DNA of 64,000 nucleotides from Gammaproteobacteria bacterium (GCA_050298595.1 JBNKUM010000094.1:32001-96000), one strand, 5' to 3'. Counted from the stretch's first letter, positions 32,782 through 44,104 are shown. Numbers and translations are program-made. Notes: generated by a model from the letters alone, not told the origin.

Positions 32782-33480
32782 TTACTGACCAGTAGTCGAT
32801 TGTTGACCAGATAATTCACGATATCTAAGCAAATCTTTGGCGTATTGTTGTTTAATGCGTGATTTTTCTTCAATCTTAAGTTCCAGTTGCTTCTGTTTAT
32901 TTAGGATTTTTTCATGGAAGTATTCTATGTTTTGTGCCAGGCCGCCTGGCACAGCCTTGTCCTTACTGATGAATTGAGTTTGAGCACGTTGCTCCAGCTC
33001 CTGTAATTTGCCCTGTTCGATTTTGATATTTTTATTTAATAGTTGAATAACCGAATCTATGACGTCAATACGCTCCTGTTGAGCTTCCAGAATTTCATCT
33101 TCACTATTGAATGTCATCATCAGGACTCGGTCGTAATGCTCTTTTTCAGCCTTGATCCGTGCCTGTTTTTCAGCTTCTATTCTTTCTCTTTCTTTTTGCT
33201 GTTCGATTTCTGCACGTTCTGCATCGGATAGTGGTTTTTCTTTTGTTTCAATGACTCTACCATCAGGTGTCAGGGTCTGGTGGCGTTGCTTAGATTGCTC
33301 CACGGTCAATCGATCGCTGTAGCGGATATTGCCGTCCTCATCTACATATTTATATAACTTCGCTGCCTGAGCACTGTTGAGCAACAGCATGGTGGATATC
33401 AGACAAGCCAACAGGATATGGATAAAGTGGGTGATTGAGATTCTACAGCTCATTTTGCAGTTGTGTCCTCCGTAATGCAT
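32782..33480 (-). CDS. DUF4124 domain exported protein with coiled coil
   Basis: Signal peptide ending AQA, then LYKYVDEDGNIRYSD (DUF4124 pattern), DRVLMMTF and coiled coil. Start uncertain. Confidence 0.8.
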   Translation of the reverse strand: MHYGGHNCKMSCRISITHFIHILLACLISTMLLLNSAQAAKLYKYVDEDGNIRYSDRLTVEQSKQRHQTLTPDGRVIETKEKPLSDAERAEIEQQKERERIEAEKQARIKAEKEHYDRVLMMTFNSEDEILEAQQERIDVIDSVIQLLNKNIKIEQGKLQELEQRAQTQFISKDKAVPGGLAQNIEYFHEKILNKQKQLELKIEEKSRIKQQYAKDLLRYRELSGQQSTTGQ

Positions 33481-33553
33481 GAGTAATTATCTACGATCAA
33501 TACTAGACTATTATAAAAGAATTGTAAGCTGAGCCACCTTGAACTAAGTCTTA

Positions 33554-34294
33554 TTAAATATGAGTGTATAGGCTTTGGATGACTACATTATCCCTGGATG
33601 TGACTATTGCGGCTATGCCCAGGTTTTGGGTATTCCATTCATCTTTGATTTCAATTTGATAGTTTAACTGCGGTGTTAGATTGAGTTCTGGGCTCAGATA
33701 TCTAACCACATGTTGATGATTCAGCCGGTTCCCGGTATTTTCGCCGGCATCTACCTGGCTGGACAGGTTGTCTTCAAAAATTACAAACTCAACATTTAAG
33801 ATATCATTTGCAGTATTTACGTTGTTCAGCTGTAGACGAATGACTTTGGGCTGTTTATCGACTTTAAGTTCAAGCTGAATTGGTGATTTACTCTGATTAG
33901 CCTGACGAATCTTGTTGATAATGTTTCGACTGCCTCTGGTTTCTATGCCATTTAACAAAAACTCAGGCGTATAAATGCTGTTTTGTCTATTGGCCCTGGC
34001 CAGCATACGTTGCCTGCTGGTGTATTGCGGGCTGGCAAAGGGATCTTTCCAGCCAATGTAATCCCAGTAGTCAACATGAAATGCGAGTGAGAGCACATCC
34101 AGCTCCTGTCTGGATAATTTGATGACTTCGCTCAACCAGCGATCTGCCGGTGGGCAGCTGCTACAACCTTCTGAGGTATACAGCTCTAATACGGGGGTCT
34201 GGAAAGGATTACTTTTGATGACTGTGGTTTGCGCCTGTGCAGGTGGAATGGCTAGCAACAGGAGTGCAATTGACACTGAATAGATACGGCGCAT
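33554..34294 (-). CDS. DUF1223 thioredoxin-like exported protein
   Basis: Signal peptide; ELYTSEGCSSCPPAD, FHVDYWDYIGWKDPF, IYTP, GEN.G..L.H.HVVR. Confidence 0.92.
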   Translation of the reverse strand: MRRIYSVSIALLLLAIPPAQAQTTVIKSNPFQTPVLELYTSEGCSSCPPADRWLSEVIKLSRQELDVLSLAFHVDYWDYIGWKDPFASPQYTSRQRMLARANRQNSIYTPEFLLNGIETRGSRNIINKIRQANQSKSPIQLELKVDKQPKVIRLQLNNVNTANDILNVEFVIFEDNLSSQVDAGENTGNRLNHQHVVRYLSPELNLTPQLNYQIEIKDEWNTQNLGIAAIVTSRDNVVIQSLYTHI

Positions 34295-34367
34295 AAAGGA
34301 TACTACTCATCAGGATTTATTGAGTAGTAGACGATGAGTGCCTGCTTAAAGTTCCGTCTCCGGGCAG

Positions 34368-35006
34368 CTAAACTGTACCGTAGCGCTCTCGATACGCGGT
34401 AACCGCCTGTAATTGTTGCTGATCGCCGCTTTGCTGCAGGTAGGTCATAATATCGGATAGCTGGATGATGGGGATGACATTGACCCCCTGTTGTCTAAGT
34501 TCCTCGATAGCCGATTTTTCACCCTGACCTTTTTCCTGCCGATCTAAAGCAATGGTGACGCCCTTAACCCTGGCTCCTAATGAGTCTATCAGCTGCATGG
34601 ATTGACGTATTGCTGTGCCAGCAGTGATCACGTCATCGATAATGAGGATGTCACCCTTAAGTTCTGCACCGACTATCTGACCACCTTCGCCGTGATCTTT
34701 CTTTTCCTTTCGGTCGAAAGCATAAGACTTATCGATATTGAATTGCTGGTACAGGCTGCTGGCAGTGATAGCGGCTAAGGGTATACCCTTGTATGCAGGG
34801 CCAAATAGTACATCAAATGCAATACCTGAATGCTGGATAGCCTGGGCATAGAAGTTTCCAAGTGCAGACAGGTCTGCCCCGCTATTGAATAGACCGGCGT
34901 TAAAAAAATAAGGACTCACGCGACCTGATTTAAGGGCAAATTCGCCAAATCGTAATACCCCTCGTTGGATGGAATAATCGAGAAACTGTTGCTGAAATTC
35001 CTGCAT
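34368..35006 (-). CDS. pyrE: Orotate phosphoribosyltransferase
   Basis: [45 protein letters not shown]. Confidence 0.98.
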   Translation of the reverse strand: MQEFQQQFLDYSIQRGVLRFGEFALKSGRVSPYFFNAGLFNSGADLSALGNFYAQAIQHSGIAFDVLFGPAYKGIPLAAITASSLYQQFNIDKSYAFDRKEKKDHGEGGQIVGAELKGDILIIDDVITAGTAIRQSMQLIDSLGARVKGVTIALDRQEKGQGEKSAIEELRQQGVNVIPIIQLSDIMTYLQQSGDQQQLQAVTAYRERYGTV

Positions 35007-35087
35007 TGTTCACCTGCTCTGTTAGATCTGTTGTATCATATCATAGATTTTTAAATTTCAGATTCAGCAGGGCGTTCCCCACACTTC

Positions 35088-35867
35088 ATGAAAATAATTT
35101 CGGTTAATACCAATGGCATACGTGCTGCTGCACGTAAAGGATTTTTCGACTGGTTACCTGAACAAAAGGCAGATGTGATTTGTGTGCAGGAAACTAAAGC
35201 ACAGTTTGATCAGCTACAGGATTCCGTGTTTCATCCCGAGGGATATCACTGTAGTTATTTTGATGCCCTGAAGAAGGGCTACAGCGGTACTGCAATTTAT
35301 GCACGACAAAAACCGCTGGAAGTCATTCGAGGTTTTGGTGATAGTGAGTTTGATAATGAGGGTCGCTATCTGGAGTACCGCTACAAAAACCTGTCAGTTA
35401 TTTCTCTGTATGCGCCTTCTGGTTCATCGGGTGATCATCGGCAGGAATCCAAAGAGCGATTCATGGTCAGTTTTAAATCGCATTTGATGGCGCTAAGACG
35501 CAAGCGCAGAGAGTTTGTCATCTGTGGTGACTGGAATATTGCGCACCATGAAATCGATTTAAAAAACTGGCGTGGCAATCGCAAGAACTCGGGTTTCCTG
35601 CCGCATGAACGCGCCTGGTTGACTGAGTTATTTGACTCTATGGGGTATGTGGATGCCTTTCGTGTGGTAGAGCCAGCGGCAGAGCAATATACCTGGTGGT
35701 CGAATCGCGGGCAGGCCTGGGAAAAGAATGTAGGGTGGCGTATCGATTATCAAATCGTGACACCGAAATTGAAACCGTCGATTGAATCTACTTCTATTTT
35801 TAAAGACCAACGCTTTTCAGATCATGCGCCACTGATCATGGATTATCGGTTCGATATCGAGGGATGA
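35088..35867 (+). CDS. xth: Exodeoxyribonuclease III family AP endonuclease
   Basis: NTNGIRA, QETK, GYSG, GDWN, YTWW, GWRIDY, SDHAP. Confidence 0.92.
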   Translation: MKIISVNTNGIRAAARKGFFDWLPEQKADVICVQETKAQFDQLQDSVFHPEGYHCSYFDALKKGYSGTAIYARQKPLEVIRGFGDSEFDNEGRYLEYRYKNLSVISLYAPSGSSGDHRQESKERFMVSFKSHLMALRRKRREFVICGDWNIAHHEIDLKNWRGNRKNSGFLPHERAWLTELFDSMGYVDAFRVVEPAAEQYTWWSNRGQAWEKNVGWRIDYQIVTPKLKPSIESTSIFKDQRFSDHAPLIMDYRFDIEG

Positions 35868-37210
35868 ATAAAGTGCTTCATAACTGGTCACAGTCTTTTC
35901 TGGTTTATCGCCATCCGCGCGTGATTGCGATGTTGTTTCTGGGGTTTTCTTCGGGTTTACCCTTATTGCTGGTATTCGGAACCCTGTCGGCGTGGCTTAG
36001 AACCGAAGGAGTCGATAAAACCACTATTGGTTTTGTCAGCTGGGTGGCTCTGGCTTATGGTTTCAAGTTTGTCTGGTCACCGCTTGTTGACCGCATGCCG
36101 CTGCCATTTCTTACTTCTATGTTGGGCAAACGTAGAAGCTGGATGTTGCTGGCGCAGTTTGGAATAATGATCGGTTTGCTGAATATGGCGTTGAGTCACC
36201 CGACCATTGAGTTACAGTCAGTGGTGCTGTTTGCTGTATTGACTGCATTTTCATCTGCCACGCAGGATATTGCAATAGACGCCTGGCGTATTGAAGCAGT
36301 TGAAGAGGAGTATCAGGGAGCGATGGCAGCTGCCGTTCAACTGGGGTATCGCCTGGGCATGATTGTCGCTGGTGGCGGGGCATTTTCTCTTGCCTACTAT
36401 TATTCCTGGCCAGTCGCCTATCAGTTTATGGCTGCTTTTATGTTGCTTGGAGTGCTCATGGTATTTTTGATTTCAGAACCAGACCATGAGATGAATGAGC
36501 AACAGCGGATGCTGGAGAGCAAGATTGTGGAAACCCTCGAGATCCCAGTTTCTACAGGTTTTTTCAGTAGAATAAAAGACTGGGTTGCAGTTGCAGTGGT
36601 GAGTCCATTTGTTGAATTTTTTTCCCGACATGGCTTATTCGCTGTTGTTATTCTCCTGTTTATTATGGTGTTTCGTATCAGTGATATTACACTGGGTGTG
36701 ATGGCGAATCCGTTTTACATTGATATGGGCTACAACGAATTGCAGATCGGCCTGGTATCTAAAACCGTAGGTCCGGTGGTAACCATAGTAGGTGCTCTGT
36801 TTGGTGGTGTACTGGTAGTAAGGTACGGCAAGATGAGTATGCTGATGGCAGGTAGCATACTGGTGATTGTGACCAATTTGATGTTTTCCTGGCTAGCTAC
36901 TCAACAGGCCGAATTGATCTGGCTTATTCTGGTGGTGGGAGCCGATAATCTGGCGGGTGGGATTGCAACGACTACCTTTGTTGCTTATCTGTCAGCATTG
37001 ACCAACAAGGCTTATACGGCGACGCAGTATGCCCTGTTTAGTTCTATCATGTTGTTGCTGGCCAAGTTTGTGGCGGGGTTTTCCGGTGTAGTTGTCGATG
37101 CCACCAGCTATCCGGTGTTTTTTGCCTATGCCGCAGCACTCGGTCTACCTTCAATTTTTCTAATACTCATGTTAATGCGGCATGATCGTAGGGTCTTGAA
37201 TGGGCCTTAA
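35864..37210 (+). CDS. ampG: AmpG-family muropeptide MFS transporter
   Basis: LGFSSGLP, KFVWSPLVD, GKRRSW, SATQDIAIDAWRIE, TATQYALFSS. Confidence 0.93.
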   Translation: MNKVLHNWSQSFLVYRHPRVIAMLFLGFSSGLPLLLVFGTLSAWLRTEGVDKTTIGFVSWVALAYGFKFVWSPLVDRMPLPFLTSMLGKRRSWMLLAQFGIMIGLLNMALSHPTIELQSVVLFAVLTAFSSATQDIAIDAWRIEAVEEEYQGAMAAAVQLGYRLGMIVAGGGAFSLAYYYSWPVAYQFMAAFMLLGVLMVFLISEPDHEMNEQQRMLESKIVETLEIPVSTGFFSRIKDWVAVAVVSPFVEFFSRHGLFAVVILLFIMVFRISDITLGVMANPFYIDMGYNELQIGLVSKTVGPVVTIVGALFGGVLVVRYGKMSMLMAGSILVIVTNLMFSWLATQQAELIWLILVVGADNLAGGIATTTFVAYLSALTNKAYTATQYALFSSIMLLLAKFVAGFSGVVVDATSYPVFFAYAAALGLPSIFLILMLMRHDRRVLNGP

Positions 37211-37282
37211 AAAGCGCCTGGATAGATTCGCGGCCAGTAACAGGTATACTCCCAACTAAAAAATCATCAGTAGATTTATTCT

Positions 37283-38098
37283 GTGAAAAACGATAATCAA
37301 GACCATAAGCCTCCAGTAGTAATGACTTTTTCTGGTCACGATACCACCGGTGGTGCCGGCGTTCATGCTGATATAGAAGCGATTAGTAGCCAGGGGTGCC
37401 ATGCTGCAACGGTGGTGACCTGTTTGACGATACAGGACACTATCGATGTATCCACTTTGATTCCGATCGATGACGATATCGTTATTCAGTCGGCGCGCGC
37501 GGTACTGGAGGATATGCCGGTAGCGGCCTTCAAGATAGGTTTGTTAGGTAGTGTAGAGGTTATCGAAGCAGTACACTCGATTCTGTATGACTATCCCAAT
37601 ATCCCTGTGATTTTCGATCCGATTCTGGCCAGTGGTTCTGGTACAGAGCTGGCGAATGCAGATGTAATTGATGCCATGAGCGCTTTGCTATTTCCGGAAA
37701 CTAATGTGTTAACGCCGAATACATTAGAGGCTGCTGCACTGGTTCCTGAAGCGGATACACATGCTGCAATGGCCTATGGTTTAATGGATAGAGGCTGTGA
37801 CCATGTGCTGTTAACCGGAACCCATGACGACAATCATCATGTGGTAAATCGTCTCTATTATAATCAGCGTGAGATCGATAGTTTCGAATGGCCTCGTCTG
37901 GCGCATGAATACCATGGCAGCGGATGTACGCTGGCATCTACACTGGCGGCTTTGATGGCACGGGGACTCGATCCACTCTCTGCTTCGCGTGAGGCACAGA
38001 ACTTCACCTGGCATAGCCTTAACAATGCGTACCGTCTGGGCATGGGGCAATTAATTCCAAATCGACTATTTTGGGTAGATGAGGCTGGTGAAGAGTAG
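37283..38098 (+). CDS. thiD: Hydroxymethylpyrimidine/phosphomethylpyrimidine kinase
   Basis: GHDTTGGAG..ADI, KIGLLG, DPIL, TPN..EA, HGSGCTLAS; thiD-thiE-hemL cluster. Confidence 0.9.
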   Translation: MKNDNQDHKPPVVMTFSGHDTTGGAGVHADIEAISSQGCHAATVVTCLTIQDTIDVSTLIPIDDDIVIQSARAVLEDMPVAAFKIGLLGSVEVIEAVHSILYDYPNIPVIFDPILASGSGTELANADVIDAMSALLFPETNVLTPNTLEAAALVPEADTHAAMAYGLMDRGCDHVLLTGTHDDNHHVVNRLYYNQREIDSFEWPRLAHEYHGSGCTLASTLAALMARGLDPLSASREAQNFTWHSLNNAYRLGMGQLIPNRLFWVDEAGEE

Positions 38099-38714
38099 CC
38101 TGGCCGGTTTATACGGCATTACTGATTCAAGCCTTCAGCCATCTACTGCGAGTCTGCTAAATGCGGTTGAGTCAGCGCTGGATGGTGGCATGAAGATTCT
38201 GCAGTATCGTGAAAAAAAATTACCGGAATCAGAACAAATACAACAGGCACAGGCGTTAAAAAGACTGTGTGATGAGTATCAGGCGCTATTTATCATCAAT
38301 GATAATGTCGCGCTGGCCCTCAAAGTAGGTGCTGATGGTGTGCATCTGGGCAAATCCGATAGCGATATTGAGTGGGCACGTAGTCAACTGGGTGGTGACA
38401 AGCTCATAGGGGCTTCCTGTTATAACCGCATTGATCTGGCTCTTGATGCGCAAAACAGAGGGGTTGATTATGTGGCATTCGGTCGTTTTTTTCCTTCGCT
38501 GACCAAACCTGACGCAGTTCAGGCAAATCCACAGATGTTACAGCAGGCATGTCAGCAATTGACTGTTCCAGTGTGTGCCATTGGTGGGATAAGTCTTGAA
38601 AATGCGAATATTTTGATCGAGCAGGGTGCTGATATGATTGCCGTTATTCATGATCTGTTTTCTGCCAGAGATATCCGGTATCGAGCCCGTGATTTTACGG
38701 CGCTATTTCTGTAG
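38079..38714 (+). CDS. thiE: Thiamine phosphate synthase
   Basis: LYGIT, QYREK, IINDN, GVHLG..D, GASCY, FFPS.TKP, AIGGI. Confidence 0.93.
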   Translation: MRLVKSSLAGLYGITDSSLQPSTASLLNAVESALDGGMKILQYREKKLPESEQIQQAQALKRLCDEYQALFIINDNVALALKVGADGVHLGKSDSDIEWARSQLGGDKLIGASCYNRIDLALDAQNRGVDYVAFGRFFPSLTKPDAVQANPQMLQQACQQLTVPVCAIGGISLENANILIEQGADMIAVIHDLFSARDIRYRARDFTALFL

Positions 38715-38772
38715 TTCTAAGTGCCTGAGTTTTTGCGTAGAATAGCGGCCAATTAAATTAAGAGAATCCGAT

Positions 38773-40062
38773 ATGAGTCAATCCGAAATCTTATTTCAAC
38801 GTGCATTGAAAACAATCCCCGGCGGCGTGAATTCACCCGTACGTGCATTTAATGGAGTAGGTGGTACACCTCTCTTCATCAAGAGTGCAAAAGGGGCTTA
38901 TCTATACGATGCAGATGGAAAGGCCTATATCGATTATGTAGGTTCCTGGGGGCCTATGATCTGTGGGCATGCCAATGAAGAAATCATCGAAGCGGTCAAG
39001 CTGGCAGTGGATAATGGCCTGAGTTTCGGGGCGCCTACCGAACTGGAGATTGATCTGGCAGAAAAAATCTGTGCAATTATGCCGGGTATGGATCAGGTAC
39101 GTATGACCAATTCAGGCACCGAGGCTACCATGTCGGCGATCCGGCTGGCGCGGGGCTATACAGGGCGTGAGAAAATCATCAAGTTTGAAGGTTGTTATCA
39201 TGGGCATGGAGATTCCCTGCTGGTGAAAGCAGGCTCTGGTGCACTTACTATGGGCGTACCGAGTTCGCCAGGTATTCCTGCTGCACTGGCAGAAAACACA
39301 TTGACGCTTGAATACAATAATATTGCACAGGTTAATGCGTTATTTGCTGAGCTGGGTGAACAGATTGCCTGTCTGATCGTGGAGCCGGTAGCAGGAAATA
39401 TGAACTGTATTCCACCCGTGCCGGGCTTTCTTGAATGCCTACGCGAAAACTGTAGTAAATATGGAGCGGTATTTATTATCGACGAGGTAATGACCGGTTT
39501 CAGAGTGGGACTGACGGGGGCGCAGGGTTATTACGGAGTGCAGCCCGACTTGACTACTCTAGGTAAGGTAATAGGTGGTGGTATGCCTGTTGGGGCATTT
39601 GGTGGCAAGCAGGAGATTATGAATCATCTGGCACCTGTAGGACCGGTCTATCAGGCGGGCACGTTATCGGGTAATCCGATTGCGATGACGGCGGGATTAA
39701 AGAATCTGGAGATTATCACTCGAGAAGGTTTTTATGAGGAATTAACCCGTAAAACTGATTTTCTGGTGGATGGCCTGTTGGCTGCAGCCAGGCGTCAGGG
39801 TATTTCAATGGTGGCAAATAAGGTTGGTGCTATGTTTGGCCTGTTTTTTACCGATCAGGAGAAGGTGCAAAGCTTTGCTGATGTTGGTAGATGCGATATT
39901 GAGCGATTTAAGGCATTCTTTCATGGCATGCTGGAGCAGGGCGTTAATTTTGCACCATCAGCCTATGAAGCGGGCTTCGTCAGCTCTGCGCATGATGATG
40001 CAATCCTGCAACAGACTATCGATAAAGCTGAAATCGTTTTCCAGTCTTTATCAGGTAGTTAA
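38773..40062 (+). CDS. hemL: Glutamate-1-semialdehyde 2,1-aminomutase
   Basis: [60 protein letters not shown]. Confidence 0.98.
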   Translation: MSQSEILFQRALKTIPGGVNSPVRAFNGVGGTPLFIKSAKGAYLYDADGKAYIDYVGSWGPMICGHANEEIIEAVKLAVDNGLSFGAPTELEIDLAEKICAIMPGMDQVRMTNSGTEATMSAIRLARGYTGREKIIKFEGCYHGHGDSLLVKAGSGALTMGVPSSPGIPAALAENTLTLEYNNIAQVNALFAELGEQIACLIVEPVAGNMNCIPPVPGFLECLRENCSKYGAVFIIDEVMTGFRVGLTGAQGYYGVQPDLTTLGKVIGGGMPVGAFGGKQEIMNHLAPVGPVYQAGTLSGNPIAMTAGLKNLEIITREGFYEELTRKTDFLVDGLLAAARRQGISMVANKVGAMFGLFFTDQEKVQSFADVGRCDIERFKAFFHGMLEQGVNFAPSAYEAGFVSSAHDDAILQQTIDKAEIVFQSLSGS

Positions 40063-40610
40063 AATCTCACCATTTGTGCGGCCACCTGGTCGCGCAGAGT
40101 CTTATTGCCCAGGCGTTCAATCAATGTGAGGGCAAAATCCATCGCAGTGCCAGGGCCTCTGGAGGTGATGATATTGTTATCAATCTCTACCGGGTTGGTT
40201 GAAATCGTAAATCCAGAGCAATCGAGCTGATCCATAGCGCCGGGGTAACAGGTAATGGTTTTACCTTGCAGAATACCACTGGCAGCCAGTGCTTTGGGGG
40301 CCGCGCAGATTGCGCCGACGGTTTTTCCTTTGGCGTGTTGCCGTTGAATCAGCGACTGAACATCTGCATTGTCGCGTAAGTTATCGGCACCGGGCAAGCC
40401 GCCGGGTAGTACGATTAAATCGAATTCTTCATTGATGACTTTTTGAATGCTGGTATCGGGGATAATAACGGTTTTTCGACTGGCAGTAACCGGCTGGTCG
40501 TCAAGTCCTGCGCTAATCACGTCAAACCCTGCTCTACGTAGCAGGTCGATAATGGTTATTGCTTCGAGCTCTTCGAATCCATCTGCAAGTGGGACAAGTA
40601 CCTTGGCCAT
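40059..40610 (-). CDS. yajL: DJ-1/PfpI family protein (YajL/ThiJ-like)
   Basis: [27 protein letters not shown] (catalytic Cys), TSRGPGTA. Confidence 0.9.
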   Translation of the reverse strand: MAKVLVPLADGFEELEAITIIDLLRRAGFDVISAGLDDQPVTASRKTVIIPDTSIQKVINEEFDLIVLPGGLPGADNLRDNADVQSLIQRQHAKGKTVGAICAAPKALAASGILQGKTITCYPGAMDQLDCSGFTISTNPVEIDNNIITSRGPGTAMDFALTLIERLGNKTLRDQVAAQMVRF

Positions 40611-41353
40611 TCTGTTTCCTCCTGTTGAAGATTTGCTACCTGTTGAGATAGCGTAATAAATTCAAATTCATCGCCCATTTCCTCCATTTTTTCCAATAGA
40701 ATATCAATCGTATTCTGATAGGGGTGAGCAATGGCTACAGCATGCCCATTTTCTCTGGCTAACGCTAACCAGCGGTCAAATTGATGGCGGATAGAATCCA
40801 GGTTGTTACGATCGGCATCTAAAAAGACATCACGTTTAAGTGTCGGTACGCCGGCAACCAATGCCTGTTGATAGGCTGTGCTTAATGCAGACGTTCTACT
40901 GTCCAGAAAATATAATGACTGATTCTGTTGTTTGATGGTTTCCATCACTGGGCGCATGATGTAACCGATCTCAGTTAGTCGGCTTCCCATGTGATTGTTG
41001 ATGCCCTTAATATGAGGGATATCCTTTATCATACTGACTACACTGTCGGCGATTTGTCGTTCGCTCATCTGCTCATTCAGTGCGCTGGATTCAATAATCA
41101 GGTCAGTGGAGGCCTGCATCGGCATATGCAGCATGACTTCATGACCATTCTGGTAAGCGAATTCTGCAATTTTTTTACTGTATGTGGTTTCAGGGATAAT
41201 CGCAAAGGTATGATCCCCCGGCAGGCTTAAGACCTTTTTTGCCTGTTCAAATGAATATCCCAGATCGTCAATAACCAGAGACAGCGTGGGCTTTTTAGCC
41301 CAGGCTGCACTGCTTAGTAGTACTAGAAAGAATAACGAAAACGGTCTGATCAT
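40556..41353 (-). CDS. Divergent polysaccharide deacetylase (YibQ-like)
   Basis: LVIDDLG, HEVMLHMPM, GINNHMGS, FLDSRT, RDVFLD, AIAHP. Confidence 0.92.
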   Translation of the reverse strand: MIRPFSLFFLVLLSSAAWAKKPTLSLVIDDLGYSFEQAKKVLSLPGDHTFAIIPETTYSKKIAEFAYQNGHEVMLHMPMQASTDLIIESSALNEQMSERQIADSVVSMIKDIPHIKGINNHMGSRLTEIGYIMRPVMETIKQQNQSLYFLDSRTSALSTAYQQALVAGVPTLKRDVFLDADRNNLDSIRHQFDRWLALARENGHAVAIAHPYQNTIDILLEKMEEMGDEFEFITLSQQVANLQQEETEWPRYLSHLQMDSKSSKQ

Positions 41354-42684
41354 CCTCTACTCTGTTGGATGCTATTAGCGATAGATAGTCCTTTGAGTAG
41401 ATTTAACGCTTCGAATAACTGGTAATCAGTTTCGGACAGTTTTTCTTCCTTTTTTGAAGTGTCATCATTGGCATCTTTGCTGTCTGTATTACTGCTCTGT
41501 TCGTCGCCATTGATCGGGTTACTCAGGTGCCCTGTCAGATCTTTTTCTGAGATTCGATTAGTATTTTTTTCCCTGGCTTTAACTTCGACATTACTCAATT
41601 CAATATCCGGGACAATACCTTCAGCCTGAATGGAGCGGCCATTTGGTGTGAAATAACGGGCGGTGGTTAATTTTACCGCTGAGCCATTGCGTAGTTCCTG
41701 AATGGTTTGAACCGAGCCTTTACCAAAGGTTTTAAAGCCCATGATGATTGCACGTTTATGATCCTGCATAGCGCCAGCAACGATTTCTGAAGCTGATGCC
41801 GAACCGCTATTTACCAGAATGACCAGCGGAGCACCGTTTAGTGCATCGCCAGGAGTTGCGTTGTATTTCAGGCTGGAGTCATCGATACGACCCTCGGTAT
41901 ATACGATCAGTCCATCATTCAAAAAGGCGTCTGAAACGCCCACGGCGCCATTTAAAACACCGCCCGGGTTGTTTCTTAAATCGAGTACCATGCCTTTCAG
42001 AGCTGATTCTTCCTGCAAATCAGCAACAGCTTTTAACAGGTCGGTAGTGGTGCGTGACTGAAAGTTAGTGATACGGACATAGCCATAACCGGGTTCCAGC
42101 ACGCGTTTTTTAACGCTTTTCACCCGGATGATTTCACGAGTAATGGTGATTTTTAGAGGTTGAGACTCACCTTCGCGCACTATGGTCAGGACGATATCTG
42201 TGCCGGGTTTACCGCGCATGACTTTGACCGCATCGTTCAATGTCATGCCTTTAACTGGTTTTTCGTCCAGGCGAACAATCAGATCACCGGCTTTTACACC
42301 AGCATGTGATGCTGGAGTGTCATCAATAGGAGAGATGACCTTCACAAAACCATTTTCCATACCAACTTCAATGCCCAGGCCACCAAACTGTCCAGTGGTA
42401 CCTATGCGTAGTTCGCCAAATTCTTCGGTGTCAAGATATGACGAATGGGGGTCTAGACCCGATAGCATGCCGCGTATCGCATCTTCCAGTAGTTTTTTGT
42501 CGTCAACCTGCTCAACGTAGTCAGATTTGATTCTGGAGAATACATCAGTAAATGCCTGTAAATCCTCAAAAGGAATGGGGTTCTCATTGCTTTTTAAAGC
42601 GAAAACACTATGTCCGATAGCCATAGACAGGCCTATTAAAAGGCCTGCAATAAAAAAAGTGGAAGTTCTGAGTTTTTGTACCAT
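41350..42684 (-). CDS. ctpA: Carboxyl-terminal processing protease (S41 family)
   Basis: LDPHSSY, GLGIEV (PDZ), LDLRNNPGG, SASASEIVAGA, TFGKGSVQ. Start placed at ATG 42684 after a GGAG SD. Confidence 0.93.
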   Translation of the reverse strand: MVQKLRTSTFFIAGLLIGLSMAIGHSVFALKSNENPIPFEDLQAFTDVFSRIKSDYVEQVDDKKLLEDAIRGMLSGLDPHSSYLDTEEFGELRIGTTGQFGGLGIEVGMENGFVKVISPIDDTPASHAGVKAGDLIVRLDEKPVKGMTLNDAVKVMRGKPGTDIVLTIVREGESQPLKITITREIIRVKSVKKRVLEPGYGYVRITNFQSRTTTDLLKAVADLQEESALKGMVLDLRNNPGGVLNGAVGVSDAFLNDGLIVYTEGRIDDSSLKYNATPGDALNGAPLVILVNSGSASASEIVAGAMQDHKRAIIMGFKTFGKGSVQTIQELRNGSAVKLTTARYFTPNGRSIQAEGIVPDIELSNVEVKAREKNTNRISEKDLTGHLSNPINGDEQSSNTDSKDANDDTSKKEEKLSETDYQLFEALNLLKGLSIANSIQQSRG

Positions 42685-42818
42685 GTAAATCTCCAATAAG
42701 GTCACGCTTAAGTGTAGACCATATATATGTGATGAAGTTGTTTTTCGAATTTGAATAATTCGATATTTTTAAAAGTCAGACTATATAACAGTTGGGCGGT
42801 GAAGGATATCCGTCTTGT

Positions 42819-43979
42819 TTAAGTGGCAAACCAGTTGCGGATATTACACCAGATAGAGGGATTTAAAGGTTTACCCTTTTTGCGAATTTCAAAATATAAG
42901 CCGGGATGATTTTGTCCTCCACTGTTACCTATACTGGCTACTACATCCCCAGCTTCTACCCATTCTCCTGCGGATTTATAAAGCGATTGATTATGCCCGT
43001 AAAGCGATAAATAACCCTCTCCATGGTCGATAATGATTAAATTGCCCATTCCACGTAACCAGTCAGAGAATGCTACTCTTCCATGTGAAACAGCTCGAAC
43101 GTTGTTGCCTTCGTTTGCTTTAATCACCACGCCTTGCCAGCGCAGGTTGGAAGGGGGTTTCAGATGACCAAATAGTTTGCGCACATTCCCCTTTACTGGC
43201 CAGGCAAGCTTGCCTTTTAATTTCGAGAATTTTGTATTCGAAGCTGGTGGTGAGGGAATGTCGGTTAGAATTTCTGATAATGAATTGATTAACTGGGTCA
43301 GATTTTTCGCATCCTCTTCTAACTGGTCCAGGTTTTTACCCTGTTTTTTAAGATCTTTCTCAAGATTCGCTATAATGGTTTCTCTTTGTTTGTGATTTTG
43401 AGTTAACGTAGCTTTCTGTTTTTCCAGGTCTGAGAGCAGAGTTTCCAGTTCCTTGCTGGCCTGTTGAATAAGTAATTGATTGGCGTTTAATTGCTGAAAA
43501 TTGATTTGTGCGGAATCTATTAAACCCAGTCGATAGCGTGTGAAGTATTCATAATAGGTTAGATTGCGTTGTAGTTGAGCTGCGTTTTTCTGTGAAAAAA
43601 GGAGTTTGATCTGTTCCTGCTGGCCCAGCGTATAGGCAGCATGAAGCTGCTGGGCAAGTTGCTGGTTTTGCTGGATTATTGATTGCTGAATTCGTTTTTT
43701 GTCCTGATTTAGCGTGCTCAGTGATCTTTGTTTGGACTTTAGAGCCTGTTTTGAGCTATTGATTTGCTGGCTCACCTTACCAATCTTTTTTTCAATGTTG
43801 CGTAATTGTTTGCTGTAACTTGACTTGCTATTTTCCTTAACCTCAATTGTCTGACGTAATTTTTCAATACGTGATTTAAGTTGAGAGAGTTCTTTTTGTT
43901 TGCGGGTCCTGTCATCTGAAAAAGCGCTGACATGGAATAAAATGGTTATAGTAGTAAGGGCAATGAACAGGAAACGCAT
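42819..43979 (-). CDS. envC: Murein hydrolase activator EnvC (coiled coil plus degenerate M23 domain)
   Basis: Signal peptide, long coiled coil, WPVKG, WQGV, IIDHG..YLSLYGHN, LYFEIR. Confidence 0.92.
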   Translation of the reverse strand: MRFLFIALTTITILFHVSAFSDDRTRKQKELSQLKSRIEKLRQTIEVKENSKSSYSKQLRNIEKKIGKVSQQINSSKQALKSKQRSLSTLNQDKKRIQQSIIQQNQQLAQQLHAAYTLGQQEQIKLLFSQKNAAQLQRNLTYYEYFTRYRLGLIDSAQINFQQLNANQLLIQQASKELETLLSDLEKQKATLTQNHKQRETIIANLEKDLKKQGKNLDQLEEDAKNLTQLINSLSEILTDIPSPPASNTKFSKLKGKLAWPVKGNVRKLFGHLKPPSNLRWQGVVIKANEGNNVRAVSHGRVAFSDWLRGMGNLIIIDHGEGYLSLYGHNQSLYKSAGEWVEAGDVVASIGNSGGQNHPGLYFEIRKKGKPLNPSIWCNIRNWFAT

Positions 43980-44038
43980 CGTTAATAGTAAATTTATGTA
44001 TTTGATTTTAGGAATATTAATGATGAATTGTTATAAAA

Positions 44039-44060
44039 AAATGTGACTCATATCAAGTGC
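44039..44060. promoter_or_regulatory. Possible CRP/FNR-family box in the envC/ArsR divergent region
   Basis: AAA-TGTGA-CTCATA-TCAAG: one perfect TGTGA half-site, 6-nt spacer, degenerate second half. Confidence 0.35.
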
Positions 44061-44104
44061 ACGCATGATGATACTTTAATATAGCGATAATGGCGATGCT
44101 GATA

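Noticed and set aside
35088-35867. Crc (catabolite repression control) call based on divergence from pyrE
   Set aside because: It retains the ExoIII catalytic motifs (QETK, GDWN, SDH), which argues for an active AP endonuclease rather than the degenerate Crc.
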